NCBI GenBank assembly: GCA_044229975.1
Contig: JBGARZ010000006.1
Location: 320,001-384,000, forward strand
Source: Polyangiales bacterium
GTDB lineage: Bacteria; Myxococcota_A; Polyangia; Polyangiales; Ga0077539
DNA length: 64,000 bases
Direction: 5' to 3'
Below, piece after piece: positions 54,862-64,000 of the stretch (position 1 is its first letter; the number at the start of each line of letters is the position of its first letter). The notes under the pieces were generated by a model. That model was not told where the DNA came from. It was given only the letters and a program-made list of their open reading frames with translations, and searched no databases. The position numbers and the translations under genes were made by a program.

Positions 54862-56262
54862 TCAGTGTGCGGCCGCGCGCGGCTGCGGTCGCGCGTTCCA
54901 GACCCGCGAGCACAGCGCGAGCCCGACCGCGGCCATCACGATCATCGCGCCGGGCCACATCTTCCACGACGCCGCCTGGTGCGACGCCGCGCTCCCGGTC
55001 TCGGGCAACAGGTGCCCGTACAGGTACGCCTGCGTCGCGGTGCCCAGGTAGACGAAGCCGTCGATGACGCCGGTGACGAGCCCGGCGCTCTTGCTGCCGC
55101 CGAAGTCCATGCTCGCGGTGCCCGAGAGCATCCCGTGCACGCCGATCACGCACAGCGACATGAACAGCATCGACCACCCGAGCACCGGCGACCCCAGCGT
55201 CGTGAACGCCACCAGCGATCCGAGCAGCAGGCCCGCGTAGAGCACGGCCGCGACGGGTCCGCGCCGCGAGTCGAAGACGTGGTCGGAGATGAAGCCCGCG
55301 AACACGCCGCCGAGGATGCCCGCCACGCAGAGCACCATGCCCCAGTTCTGGTAGACGAAGCTGTGGTCGTCGTGGATCGCCTTGGCGAACACCCGGTACC
55401 ACTTCATCACGCCCTGCCGCAGAAACCCCGAGCAGAACTCGATCGCCACGATGAGCAGCACCGCGGGCTGCGAGAGCATCCGCTTCACCACCTCCATCGG
55501 CGGCGGCGCCACGGTGTCACCGCTGGTCGCGTCGCCCGTGTCGAAGTCCGCGAGGCCCGCCTTCGACGGCGTGTCGCGGATCACCGCAAACGCCACCACC
55601 CAGCACGCCGCGAGCACCGCGGCGGGCGCCCAGAACGCGGCGGCGAGGCCGAAGTTCTCGGCGATCGCCTTCGCCCAGTCGTACGCGAAGTACAGCCCGA
55701 GCGAGATGAGGATGCCGAACATCCCGCCCAGCACTCCGCGCTCTCTCACGTGAAACCACGGCGCGTTGACCTTCACGATGGAGACCGCGCCGAAGCTCTG
55801 GAAGTACATGTTGACCGCGTTGGCGATCATCATGGTGTTGTAGAAGCGCGCCGGGTCTTCGTGCGCGTGCCCCACGGCGACGGCCATCGCGACGTTGGCC
55901 AGCGCGGAGCCGCCCGCCGCGAGCAGCAGCGTGACGCGGCCGCCGAACTTGTCGGTGAGCGGCCCGTTGAGCAGAAACGCCACCCCGTAGGTGAGGGCTC
56001 CGACGGCGTCGATGTCGCCGAACTGCGCCTTGGTGAGCAGGTGCGCGTGCTCGAACTTGTCGAGAATCGCCGACAGGTTGTACCGCCCGAAATACAAGAA
56101 CGCGTAGGTCAGCCCGAGCGGCAGCCAGTTCATCACGCGGCGCTTCTTGAAGGCCGCGGAGTGCCCGACGTCGACCTTGGGCAGGCGGGCGAGCACCACC
56201 CCGATGGCCGCGAGCAGGACGAAGATCGGGAGCGCGTTGGAGAGCCACGTCGGGAGGTGCAT
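54862..56262 (-). CDS. MFS transporter, organophosphate:phosphate antiporter (GlpT/UhpT-like)
   Basis: YAFLYFGRYNL, GPLTDKFG, FQSFG, WFHVRERG, SDHVF.SRR, GVIDGFVYLG. Confidence 0.88.
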   Translation of the reverse strand: MHLPTWLSNALPIFVLLAAIGVVLARLPKVDVGHSAAFKKRRVMNWLPLGLTYAFLYFGRYNLSAILDKFEHAHLLTKAQFGDIDAVGALTYGVAFLLNGPLTDKFGGRVTLLLAAGGSALANVAMAVAVGHAHEDPARFYNTMMIANAVNMYFQSFGAVSIVKVNAPWFHVRERGVLGGMFGILISLGLYFAYDWAKAIAENFGLAAAFWAPAAVLAACWVVAFAVIRDTPSKAGLADFDTGDATSGDTVAPPPMEVVKRMLSQPAVLLIVAIEFCSGFLRQGVMKWYRVFAKAIHDDHSFVYQNWGMVLCVAGILGGVFAGFISDHVFDSRRGPVAAVLYAGLLLGSLVAFTTLGSPVLGWSMLFMSLCVIGVHGMLSGTASMDFGGSKSAGLVTGVIDGFVYLGTATQAYLYGHLLPETGSAASHQAASWKMWPGAMIVMAAVGLALCSRVWNARPQPRAAAH

Positions 56263-56278
56263 TGCGCGCGGAGATTCT

Positions 56279-56341
56279 CACGCTGCCTCCCTCTGGGTCC
56301 ACGCTGCCTCTCGTGGGGTCCACGCTGCCTCCCTTCGGGTC
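56279..56341. repeat. 21-bp intergenic tandem repeat, 3 units
   Basis: CACGCTGCCTC-N5-GGGTC x3 in the divergent MFS/CYTH intergenic region. Confidence 0.85.
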
Positions 56342-56428
56342 CCACGCCGCAGCGTGAGCGCGCGCGCAACGGCCACGCCCACAGTTCCCTTGCGCCACCC
56401 GTTCGGGTGTATGGTCCGGCGCAGCCGT

Positions 56429-56905
56429 ATGGGGACCGAGATCGAACGAAAGTTCCTCGTGGATGTTTCACGCCTGCCGCGCGAGGCGCTGCGCGAGGGT
56501 TCGCGCTTCGTGCAGGGGTACCTCTCGCTGTCGCCGACGGTGCGCGTCCGGGTGAGCGAGCGCCCCGGCATGCCCACCGAGGCGTGGCTCACGGTGAAGG
56601 GCCCTGGTGGCCTCATGCGCGCGGAGTACGAGTACGCCGTCCCGGTGGACGACGCGCGGGCGATGGTTCCGCTGTGCGTGGCGTCGTTGCGCAAGACGCG
56701 CTTCCGCGTGCTGGTGGGCGACCACGTGTGGGACCTCGACCAGTACCACGACCGCTACGAGGGCCTCTGGATCGCCGAGATCGAGCTCGACGAGCCCGAC
56801 GAGGACTTCACCCGCCCGCAGTGGGTCACCGAGGAGGTCACCGACGACCCGGCGTACACCAACGCCGCCATCGCGCTCGGCTCGCTCCCGACGCCTCCCC
56901 GCTGA
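56429..56905 (+). CDS. CYTH domain protein (triphosphatase)
   Basis: EIERKFLV, QGYL, VRVR, LTVKG, EYEY, KTR, AEIEL, EVT.D..Y.N. Confidence 0.93.
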   Translation: MGTEIERKFLVDVSRLPREALREGSRFVQGYLSLSPTVRVRVSERPGMPTEAWLTVKGPGGLMRAEYEYAVPVDDARAMVPLCVASLRKTRFRVLVGDHVWDLDQYHDRYEGLWIAEIELDEPDEDFTRPQWVTEEVTDDPAYTNAAIALGSLPTPPR

Positions 56906-56958
56906 TACGCGCCACCTCCCCTTGGAACGCTCCATCGACCCGTGTACACCCCCCGCGC

Positions 56959-57669
56959 GTGAGCCCCATCCTCCAGACGATCCTCGACGAGATTGACGCC
57001 CGCCACCGCGCCGAAGAGCGCCCCGTGGTCATCTTCGACCTCGACGGAACCCTCTTCGACAACCGCCCCCGCACCCTCCGCATCGCCCACGCATTGGCGG
57101 CCTCCCTCGGCCCCGAGCACGACTCCGACGCGGCGCTCATCCACGCGATGACCGTCTCCGACATCCGCTACCGCCTGGAAGACGCGCTGCGTGAACGCGG
57201 CGTCTCCGAGGACGTGATCGTCATGGCGAAGAAGCGCTGGTTCAGCCGCTTCTTCACCGACGCGGCGTGCTCCGACGACGTGCCCGTGCGGGGCGCTGCG
57301 TTGTACGTGCAGCGCTGCTTCAACCGCGGCGCGACGGTGGTGTACCTCACGGGTCGCGACACTCCGGGCATGCTCGTCGGGACGGTCCGCACGCTGCGCG
57401 ATGACGGTTTCCCCATCGGTTTGCCCCGCGTCGAGCTGGTGTTGAAGCCCACCTTCGAGGAGGACGACACGGCCTTCAAGCGCCGCATGCTCGACCCGAT
57501 GGACGAGCTCGGCACGGTGGTCGCGACCTTCGAAAACGAGCCCGGCAACTGCAACCTCTTCCACCAGCGCTGGCCTCACAGCCACGCGGTGCTCATCGAG
57601 ACGCAGCACGCCCCCGGCGCCCCCGCGCTCGAACCCGGTTGCATCCGCCGCCCCGACTTCTCGCTCTGA
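56959..57669 (+). CDS. HAD-superfamily phosphatase
   Basis: FDLDGTL motif I, YLTGR motif II, K, FENEPGN. Confidence 0.88.
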   Translation: MSPILQTILDEIDARHRAEERPVVIFDLDGTLFDNRPRTLRIAHALAASLGPEHDSDAALIHAMTVSDIRYRLEDALRERGVSEDVIVMAKKRWFSRFFTDAACSDDVPVRGAALYVQRCFNRGATVVYLTGRDTPGMLVGTVRTLRDDGFPIGLPRVELVLKPTFEEDDTAFKRRMLDPMDELGTVVATFENEPGNCNLFHQRWPHSHAVLIETQHAPGAPALEPGCIRRPDFSL

Positions 57670-57672
57670 CCG

Positions 57673-58443
57673 ATGAGCGCCGCGGTCCGCCTCCAGTCCC
57701 TCCGCAAGGTCTTCCCGGACGGAACCATCGGCCTCGACGACGTCACCCTCGAAGTCCCGGCGGGAGAGTTCGTCGCCATCCTGGGGCGCTCGGGCGCGGG
57801 CAAGAGCACTCTCCTCCGTTGCGCGAGCAGGCTCATCGAACCCACGTCGGGACGCGCGTTCATTGGTGACCTTGAGGTGACCGGCGCGAAGGGCCGCGCG
57901 CTCGCTCGCGCCCGTGCGCGGGTGGGCTTCGTCTTCCAGCAGTTCAACCTCATCCGCTCGTACACCTCATTGGACAACGTGCTGGTGGCGCGCATCTCCC
58001 ATCAATCATGGCTGCGCGGCCTCATCGGACTCTGGTCCCCCGCCGACCGCGCCGTCGCCCTCCGTTGCCTGGAGGAGGTCGGCCTCGCCGCGAAGGTCGA
58101 CACCCCCGTCCGCTCGCTCTCCGGCGGCCAGCAGCAGCGCGTGGCGGTCGCGCGCGCCTTCGCGCAGGAGCCCGCCGCCATCTTCGCCGACGAGCCCACG
58201 GCCTCGCTCGACCCCAACCTGGCGGCGACGGTGCTGGCGATGTTGAAGGACTACGGCAGATCCCGCGGCGTCCCGGTGCTGGTCAACGTCCACACCATCG
58301 AGCACGCGCGCCGCTACGCCGACCGCATCATCGGCCTCTCCGCCGGCCGCATCGTCCACGACGGCCCGGCGAGCGCGTTGTCCGATGAGGCCGTCGAGGC
58401 CATCTACGCGGCTCCACCCGCGGTCGCCGCGGAGGCGCCGTGA
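57673..58443 (+). CDS. phnC: Phosphonate/phosphite ABC transporter ATP-binding protein
   Basis: GRSGAGKST, FQQFNL, LSGGQQQRV, ADEPTASLDP, H switch. Confidence 0.9.
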   Translation: MSAAVRLQSLRKVFPDGTIGLDDVTLEVPAGEFVAILGRSGAGKSTLLRCASRLIEPTSGRAFIGDLEVTGAKGRALARARARVGFVFQQFNLIRSYTSLDNVLVARISHQSWLRGLIGLWSPADRAVALRCLEEVGLAAKVDTPVRSLSGGQQQRVAVARAFAQEPAAIFADEPTASLDPNLAATVLAMLKDYGRSRGVPVLVNVHTIEHARRYADRIIGLSAGRIVHDGPASALSDEAVEAIYAAPPAVAAEAP

Positions 58444-60185
58444 ACCTCCGCCGCGCGCTCCCCATCGCCCTCCTGGCGATGGCGCTTCCCGGCATCGCGT
58501 CGGCGCAGGAGAGCATCCCCACCGAGATCGTCCTCGGCTTCAACCCGGCTGAAAACGCGCAGACCCTCCAGCGCTCGGCCGACGAGCTCGCGCGCGACCT
58601 CTCGCAGCGCATCCACCTGCCGGTGCGCGCCACGGTGACGCTCGACTACACCACGCTGGTCGAGTCGATGCGCTCGGGCCACGTGCACTTCGCGTGGCTC
58701 ACGCCCTCCCCGCTGGTGCTCGCCGAGCGCCTCTTCGGGGTGCGGGTGCTGCTCACCCAGGTGCGCCGCGGACAGCCCACCTACTACTCGGCCGTGGTCG
58801 TCCGCGAGGACTCGCGCTTCCACACCCTCAACGACCTCCAGGGCGGCAGCATCGCGTGGATCGACCCCACCTCCACCAGCGGCTACGTCATCCCGCGCTA
58901 CCTGCTGCTCCAGCGCGGCTTCAACCCGTCGAGCTTCTTCGCGCGGCAGGTGTTCGCGGGTCAGCACGACGCCGCGGTCATCGCGGTGCAGCGCGGCCAG
59001 ATCGACGCTGCCGCCGTGTGGGCCGATCCGCCCGGTGAGCACACCGGCGCGTGGACCCGTTACCTCGCCAACCGCACTGGTCCGCGGTTGCGTCCGTTGA
59101 TGTACTCGCCGCCGGTTCCGAGCGACGCCATCGCGACGACCGAGGTCTTCGCGCGCGAGCACCCGTTGCTGGTTCGATCGGTGTCGTCATCGTTGATGGC
59201 AATCGGTCAATCCGAGGAGGGCCGCGCCATCCTCCGTCGGTTGAACAGCACCGACGGCTTCGTCGCCTCGGACATCAATCAGTACGACCTGGTGCGTCGC
59301 GCCTTCCGCGCGACCCGCGACGAGCAGGCGCAGCGGCGCTCGGGCCGCTTCGACGACCCGCGCTCGATGCAGATCTTCGCCGTGCTCCTGCTCGGCGCCG
59401 CGCTGTTGGGGGCGGGTGTCCTCTCCCGTCGACCGCGGGCGCAGCGCTGGGCGGCCTTTGGCTTGTTCGGGGTGGCGCTGGCGTGGGCGGCGGTGGCGGC
59501 CCGCATCCCGATGGCCGACTTCCTCAAAGGCTGGAGCGACATCGGTCAGTTCTTGCGGGGAATGTTTCCGCCCGACAAGCGTGTGATGGCCGAGGTCGCC
59601 GAAGCGACGGTGCTCACCATCCGCCTCGCCCTGGTCGGAACCGTCACTGGCATTCCCCTCGCTCTGCTCCTGGGGCTGTTGTCCGCGGAAAACGTCACCC
59701 CATCGGGCATCGTCCGCCGGGCGGCTCGCTTCGCGTGCAACCTCAACCGCTCCATCGACCTGCTCATCATCGGGCTCATCCTGGTGAGCGCCTACGGGCC
59801 GGGGGCGTTCCCTGGTGTGGGCGCCCTGGCGATTCACACGGTGGGCTCGCTGGGCAAGCAGTTCTACGAGACGCTGGAGACGATGGACCCTGGTCCCGTC
59901 GAGGCGATGCGCAGCGTCGGGGCGACGCGCCTGCAGGTGCTGCGCTGGGGCATCTGGCCGCAGTTCACGCCGCACTTCGTGTCGCAGGCGTTGTTCCGCT
60001 TCGAGCTCAACGTGCGCGGCGCGGTGGTGCTCGGCCTGGTGGGCGCGCAGGGCATCGGCTTCCTGCTGCAAACGTATATGCGCGGGGCGGAGTACGCGAA
60101 GGTCACCGTGGTGATCGCCGCGGTGGTGACGCTGGTGATGTGCCTTGACGCGGTTTCTTCTCGACTGCGAAAGAACACGGCATAG
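58440..60185 (+). CDS. phnE: Fused PhnD substrate-binding / PhnE permease
   Basis: Signal peptide; PhnD motifs DYT..VE.M, DPTSTSGY, GQHD; then PhnE motifs MFPPD, GSLGK.FYE, EAMRSVGA, FELNVR, GLVGAQGIG in one ORF. Confidence 0.88.
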   Translation: MNLRRALPIALLAMALPGIASAQESIPTEIVLGFNPAENAQTLQRSADELARDLSQRIHLPVRATVTLDYTTLVESMRSGHVHFAWLTPSPLVLAERLFGVRVLLTQVRRGQPTYYSAVVVREDSRFHTLNDLQGGSIAWIDPTSTSGYVIPRYLLLQRGFNPSSFFARQVFAGQHDAAVIAVQRGQIDAAAVWADPPGEHTGAWTRYLANRTGPRLRPLMYSPPVPSDAIATTEVFAREHPLLVRSVSSSLMAIGQSEEGRAILRRLNSTDGFVASDINQYDLVRRAFRATRDEQAQRRSGRFDDPRSMQIFAVLLLGAALLGAGVLSRRPRAQRWAAFGLFGVALAWAAVAARIPMADFLKGWSDIGQFLRGMFPPDKRVMAEVAEATVLTIRLALVGTVTGIPLALLLGLLSAENVTPSGIVRRAARFACNLNRSIDLLIIGLILVSAYGPGAFPGVGALAIHTVGSLGKQFYETLETMDPGPVEAMRSVGATRLQVLRWGIWPQFTPHFVSQALFRFELNVRGAVVLGLVGAQGIGFLLQTYMRGAEYAKVTVVIAAVVTLVMCLDAVSSRLRKNTA

Positions 60186-60192
60186 AAGTCGG

Positions 60193-60879
60193 CTATAAAC
60201 CGGCAATCATGTCGATAATAAAGTCGATTGACTTCTCATTCGACATCAATATCGAATGAGGATTTTCTTTTCGTGGTATCGGGCCGAGCACGAGCTCCCC
60301 AGGCCACAGCGCGCGAAGCTCATCACAATGCGGAAGCGACACCCGATCGGGAGCGGCCACCGCATTGAGAACAACGGCGAGCACGGGAATCTTGCGCGAT
60401 TTCGCCGCTTCGAGCGTGAGGGAGGTGTGGTTGAGCGTCCCGAGCGCATCGCGGGCCACGACGATGAGCGAGGCGCCAATGGCCACGGCCAGGTCGGCGT
60501 AGCTCTTCCCCTCCGCGATCGGAACCAGCAGTCCCCCAGCCCCCTCGACGACTACGAGGTCATGGTCGCGCTGCACGGCGCGGACGTGATCGACGAGTCC
60601 TTCGAAGGAGTGCTTCGATCCTTCGAGGCGCGCGGCGGTCCAGGGTGACGCAGGGGTCTGGTAGCGAACGGGACACACCGTCGCGAGGTCGACATCACCG
60701 GCGGCTGCGCTCAGTGCGATGGCGTCTTCGGGGCGCTGAAGGTCGTCGCACCCGGTCTCCACGGGCTTGAGGGGAAAGGGGTGGACTCCACATTGGAGTA
60801 GTCCGCGAAGGATCGCGCAGGTCACGACGGTCTTACCGACACCAGTGTCTGTGCCGGTGACGAGGATGGTTTGTTTCAT
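60193..60879 (-). CDS. bioD: Dethiobiotin synthase
   Basis: VTGTDTGVGKT, KPVETG, VEGAGGLLVP, LGTLNHT. Confidence 0.95.
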   Translation of the reverse strand: MKQTILVTGTDTGVGKTVVTCAILRGLLQCGVHPFPLKPVETGCDDLQRPEDAIALSAAAGDVDLATVCPVRYQTPASPWTAARLEGSKHSFEGLVDHVRAVQRDHDLVVVEGAGGLLVPIAEGKSYADLAVAIGASLIVVARDALGTLNHTSLTLEAAKSRKIPVLAVVLNAVAAPDRVSLPHCDELRALWPGELVLGPIPRKENPHSILMSNEKSIDFIIDMIAGL

Positions 60880-62027
60880 GGGAGCACCTCGGCGAGGGCG
60901 GAGGCAAAGGCGATGAGTTCGTCGGGGTCGTGCGCGGCGCTGACGGTCAATCGCAGCCGAGCCGTCCCCACCGGAACCGTGGGTGGTCGGATGGGATGCA
61001 CGAAGAACCCGCGTTCGAGGAGAGCGCGTCCGACGCGTAGCGCGACGGCGTCATCACCGATGAGCACGGGGAGGATGGGCACTTCGGGGTGGGTCGCGAG
61101 CGTCGCGATGCCGCGATGGGCTAACGCCAGCTGGAGCGTGGTGATGTTGGCGCGCAACCGTCCCAGGAGCGAGGGGTCGTCGACGATGAGTTCGGTGGCA
61201 CGTCGTGCGGCGGCGATGGGAGCGGGCGAGATGCCGGTGGAGAAGATAAAACTGCGGCTGTGGTTCCAGAGCCAGGGACGCAGAGGGGTAGGGCCGGCGA
61301 GCAGGGCGCCGCTAGACCCGAGGGCCTTGCCGAAGCCGACCATCCGGACGTCGGGCTTGTCATCGATGCCATGGCAGGACCCACGGCCTTGCGCGCCGAT
61401 GACGCCGACCGCGTGGGCTTCGTCGACGAAGCGGTGGCAGCCGTACTCCCGCGCCAGTTGGCTGAGGTCGTCCATGGGACTCAGGTCGCCATCCATGCTG
61501 AAGAGAGACTCGGTCACGATCCAGGCGCGTCGCCTCGGGCTTCGGGCCTGGAGAGCGATACGCAGCGCGTCGGGGTCGTTGTGAGCGACGACGTGAACGC
61601 GGGCGCGCGAGAGCCGGATGCCATCGATGAGGCTCGCGTGGTTGAGCGCGTCGGAGAAGACTTCGTCGTCGTTGGAGAGCAGCGCGGCGAGGGCACCGAC
61701 GTTGGCGCTGTACCCGGACGAGCAGAGCAGCGTCGAACCCGCACCGAGGTAGCGGGCGAAGTGCTCTTCGACCTCCTGGTGGACAGTGAGATGCCCGGAC
61801 ACCAGACGAGACGCTCCCGCCCCGCTGCCATGGTCGTTCGTGGCATCGTTGGCGGCGTGAAGGAGCGCAGGATGATGACGCAGCCCGAGGTAGTCGTTTC
61901 CGCAGAGCACGGTCACGTCACGTCCCTCGGAGGTGGCGTGGGTGGCGTCGCGGTACCGCAGGTGGGAGGGGGTTCGCAGCCGGTCGCGTCGCTCAAGCGC
62001 GCGGAGGTCGTCGTCCATCCAGTCCAT
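60876..62027 (-). CDS. bioF: 8-amino-7-oxononanoate synthase
   Basis: [58 protein letters not shown]; alternative start 62051. Confidence 0.95.
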   Translation of the reverse strand: MDWMDDDLRALERRDRLRTPSHLRYRDATHATSEGRDVTVLCGNDYLGLRHHPALLHAANDATNDHGSGAGASRLVSGHLTVHQEVEEHFARYLGAGSTLLCSSGYSANVGALAALLSNDDEVFSDALNHASLIDGIRLSRARVHVVAHNDPDALRIALQARSPRRRAWIVTESLFSMDGDLSPMDDLSQLAREYGCHRFVDEAHAVGVIGAQGRGSCHGIDDKPDVRMVGFGKALGSSGALLAGPTPLRPWLWNHSRSFIFSTGISPAPIAAARRATELIVDDPSLLGRLRANITTLQLALAHRGIATLATHPEVPILPVLIGDDAVALRVGRALLERGFFVHPIRPPTVPVGTARLRLTVSAAHDPDELIAFASALAEVLP

Positions 62028-62071
62028 GTCGCGACTCGCTCCATAGCCCATTCCTCACGGCGCCCGGCCGG

Positions 62072-62087
62072 TGTTGCACGTGAAACA
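62072..62087. promoter_or_regulatory. parS site
   Basis: TGTTGCACGTGAAACA matches the consensus TGTTNCACGTGAAACA; intergenic. Confidence 0.8.
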
Positions 62088-62099
62088 CTCCGCCTCGCC

Positions 62100-63899
62100 A
62101 TGGTCCTGGCCGCGCTAGGTGCCTGCCAGCGAGCGCAGCCCACGCCCGTCCTACCGCCGCCCACGCCCATCGACGTCCCACCGTCTCCGACCGTTCAGCC
62201 CCCCGCACCCCCTCCCGCCCCAACGCCCGCGACCACCACCAACCCATGGTCGCGCGCCTACAACAACGACCCCCTCAGCGCCGACGCACTTCGCGCCCTG
62301 ATGGCCGAGGCCACTCAGCCCGACAGCGAGGCCGCCGCCCTCGCCCTCGGACGGCACATTCCCATCGACACCCTGCAAGCCACTGTCGGAATCCTCCCGC
62401 TCGGCAACCAGGACGCCTTCCTTCGCGGGTTCACTCGCCGCTCCGTCGGCGCGACACCCATTCCCGCACCATGGGGTCTCCGTTGGAATCAGGACCCGCC
62501 CTCAGCAGCGCTCGCAACCCTGCTGGGCGAGAGCACCAGCCGCCTCGACCCGGCCATCGCAGCGCGTCTGCACTCGCTGCTCCTCGATGGCGACCTCGAT
62601 CACCAGGTCGCTGGAGCCCGCGCTCTACGAAACACCAGCGTTCCACTGCCGCCCGTGACGAGTCTCACAGCGATGCACCCGGCCGCCCTCGCGCTAGCGC
62701 TCCACGCCCTTCACCAACGCGGCGACACCACCGTCGGCCACTGGACCGCTCTCATCACGACGCTCAGCGCCCGTGTCGCACCCAACCCCCGCAGTTGGGC
62801 CAATCCGTGGATCACCTTGATGACCGAGGTTCCCGATGGTGACCCCACGGTGCGGGCGGCTCTCCTGGCTGCCGAACCTGTTGTCACCCAGGTGGAGTTT
62901 GCGCCTGCGGGAGCGCTCGCCTGGTACCGCTGTGCCGTCGCCCTCAAGTACGACCTCCTCGACCTGGGCCACCGCACCGAGACCTGCGCGACCGGACCAG
63001 AACAGTGGCGATCGCTCGCAACCCTCGCCGCGCGGGCCCGTCCCCCGATGACCCCGACTCTGGTCGCGCAGACCCTCACCACGCTCATCGCACAAGGTCA
63101 GAGCGACCCTCGCGTGCTCGAACCCATCGCAGACGCCACGCTCGCGCTGCCAGGCTCGTACGCTCGACCACTCCTTCAACGCCTCGCCGATAGCCACGAC
63201 CCGGGGGTGTTGGCGCAACTCCTCGAAGGGCTCGTCACCCACCTCGACCACGCCCGACTGCTCCGCCCGCCCGCCCTCGAGCGACTCCTTCAGGCGCCCT
63301 TTGACCTCCCCGAAGCCTCCGCCTTCGAAGCCCGCCTCCAGGCCATCGCTCTTCGCCGCGCCCTCGGACTTCCCGCACCCGCCACCCCTGGAACCGCACG
63401 CGCCATCCAACTCGCCGTCGCCCCCGACGCCGCTGTCGATCCACTGTCGACCAGCACCACACCCTCTCGCCCCGCCGAGACCTGGGTCATCGAGACCACC
63501 GCAGGAACCATCCGAGTGGCTCTTCGTAGCGACACCGCCCCCGAAGCCGTCGCCCTCCTCCTCGAAACCACTCGCGCCGGAACCTATCGCCAGACCACCT
63601 TCCACCGGGTCGTACCCGGATTCGTCGCGCAGGGCGGTGACCCTCGCGGCGACGGCTACGGCGGCGCCTCTCGCATCGTCCCCACCGAGCTCTCGGGCGG
63701 ACGCTTCGAGCGCGGCGCCGTCGGCATCGCCCTCGCGGGCCTCGACACCGGCGGAACCCAGTTCTTCATCACGCTGACCGACTCACCCCACCTCGATGCG
63801 CGCTACCCCTACGTGGGTCGCGTCGTGTCGGGTATGGACGTCGCCGATCGCCTCCTCATCGGAGACCAGATCATCAACGCCAGCGTCGTTGCCCCATAG
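62100..63899 (+). CDS. Cyclophilin-type peptidyl-prolyl isomerase with N-terminal helical (HEAT-like) region
   Basis: FHRVVPGFVAQGGDP, GTQFFI, PHLD, GRVVSGMDV; LGAC lipobox-like; start uncertain. Confidence 0.88.
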   Translation: MVLAALGACQRAQPTPVLPPPTPIDVPPSPTVQPPAPPPAPTPATTTNPWSRAYNNDPLSADALRALMAEATQPDSEAAALALGRHIPIDTLQATVGILPLGNQDAFLRGFTRRSVGATPIPAPWGLRWNQDPPSAALATLLGESTSRLDPAIAARLHSLLLDGDLDHQVAGARALRNTSVPLPPVTSLTAMHPAALALALHALHQRGDTTVGHWTALITTLSARVAPNPRSWANPWITLMTEVPDGDPTVRAALLAAEPVVTQVEFAPAGALAWYRCAVALKYDLLDLGHRTETCATGPEQWRSLATLAARARPPMTPTLVAQTLTTLIAQGQSDPRVLEPIADATLALPGSYARPLLQRLADSHDPGVLAQLLEGLVTHLDHARLLRPPALERLLQAPFDLPEASAFEARLQAIALRRALGLPAPATPGTARAIQLAVAPDAAVDPLSTSTTPSRPAETWVIETTAGTIRVALRSDTAPEAVALLLETTRAGTYRQTTFHRVVPGFVAQGGDPRGDGYGGASRIVPTELSGGRFERGAVGIALAGLDTGGTQFFITLTDSPHLDARYPYVGRVVSGMDVADRLLIGDQIINASVVAP

Positions 63900-63908
63900 C
63901 GAACGCGG

Positions 63909-64000
63909 TCAAAAGCGCAGGTCGTCTCGCGACGCCGCCGGCTGAACCGACTCAAGCACCTTCATCGCCTCTTCCGTCTCAGGGGTCTCGGGAAGCGCCA
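63909..64000 (-). CDS. 3' end of a CDS starting beyond the window
   Basis: Open minus-strand frame ...ALPETPETEEAMKVLESVQPAASRDDLRF*. Confidence 0.4.
   Translation of the reverse strand, partial: ALPETPETEEAMKVLESVQPAASRDDLRF

Noticed and set aside
55742..55757. Second parS-like site TCTCTCACGTGAAACC
   Set aside because: Three mismatches to consensus and it lies within the conserved WFHVRERG codons of the MFS gene.
1..64000. tRNA, rRNA or prophage genes
   Set aside because: No cloverleaf, rRNA-like segment or phage structural gene was recognised by eye; a tRNAscan/Rfam run would be needed to exclude small RNAs.

Overview
High-GC bacterial DNA, very probably Myxococcota (Polyangia-like). 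The evidence is two MYXO-CTERM-type proteins, many Cys-rich lipoproteins and two Ser/Thr kinases with TPR/PEGA partners or domains. Housekeeping genes include ribA, nth, holA, mntP, bioF/bioD, an aldehyde dehydrogenase, a GH3 glucosidase, a phnC plus fused phnD-phnE transporter, and a cyclophilin. A consensus parS site lies at 62072. The most notable accessory elements are: (1) a compact RiPP-like operon (16159-18586, minus strand) with a precursor carrying six (G/H)RD(A/T)DG(T/K)D repeats, a JmjC oxygenase and a sucrase/ferredoxin-like Fe-S protein, closed by an 85-bp-arm inverted repeat; (2) a three-gene ATPase cassette bracketed by ~70-bp direct repeats that duplicate the nth leader; (3) an integron cassette array with no integrase in the window (43.3-49.2 kb), with five attC sites and an attI-like site, carrying a DUF262-Schlafen/AlbA fusion, an Ntn-hydrolase-like protein and a ParE-type TA pair; (4) an Rpn-like gene with a strong internal RBS+ATG, a candidate gene-within-gene antitoxin; (5) other candidate conflict modules (MBL hydrolase + metacaspase; REase-like protein + TPR). 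No rRNA, tRNA, CRISPR array or integrase was recognised. All family assignments come from motif recognition by eye, not from database searches.
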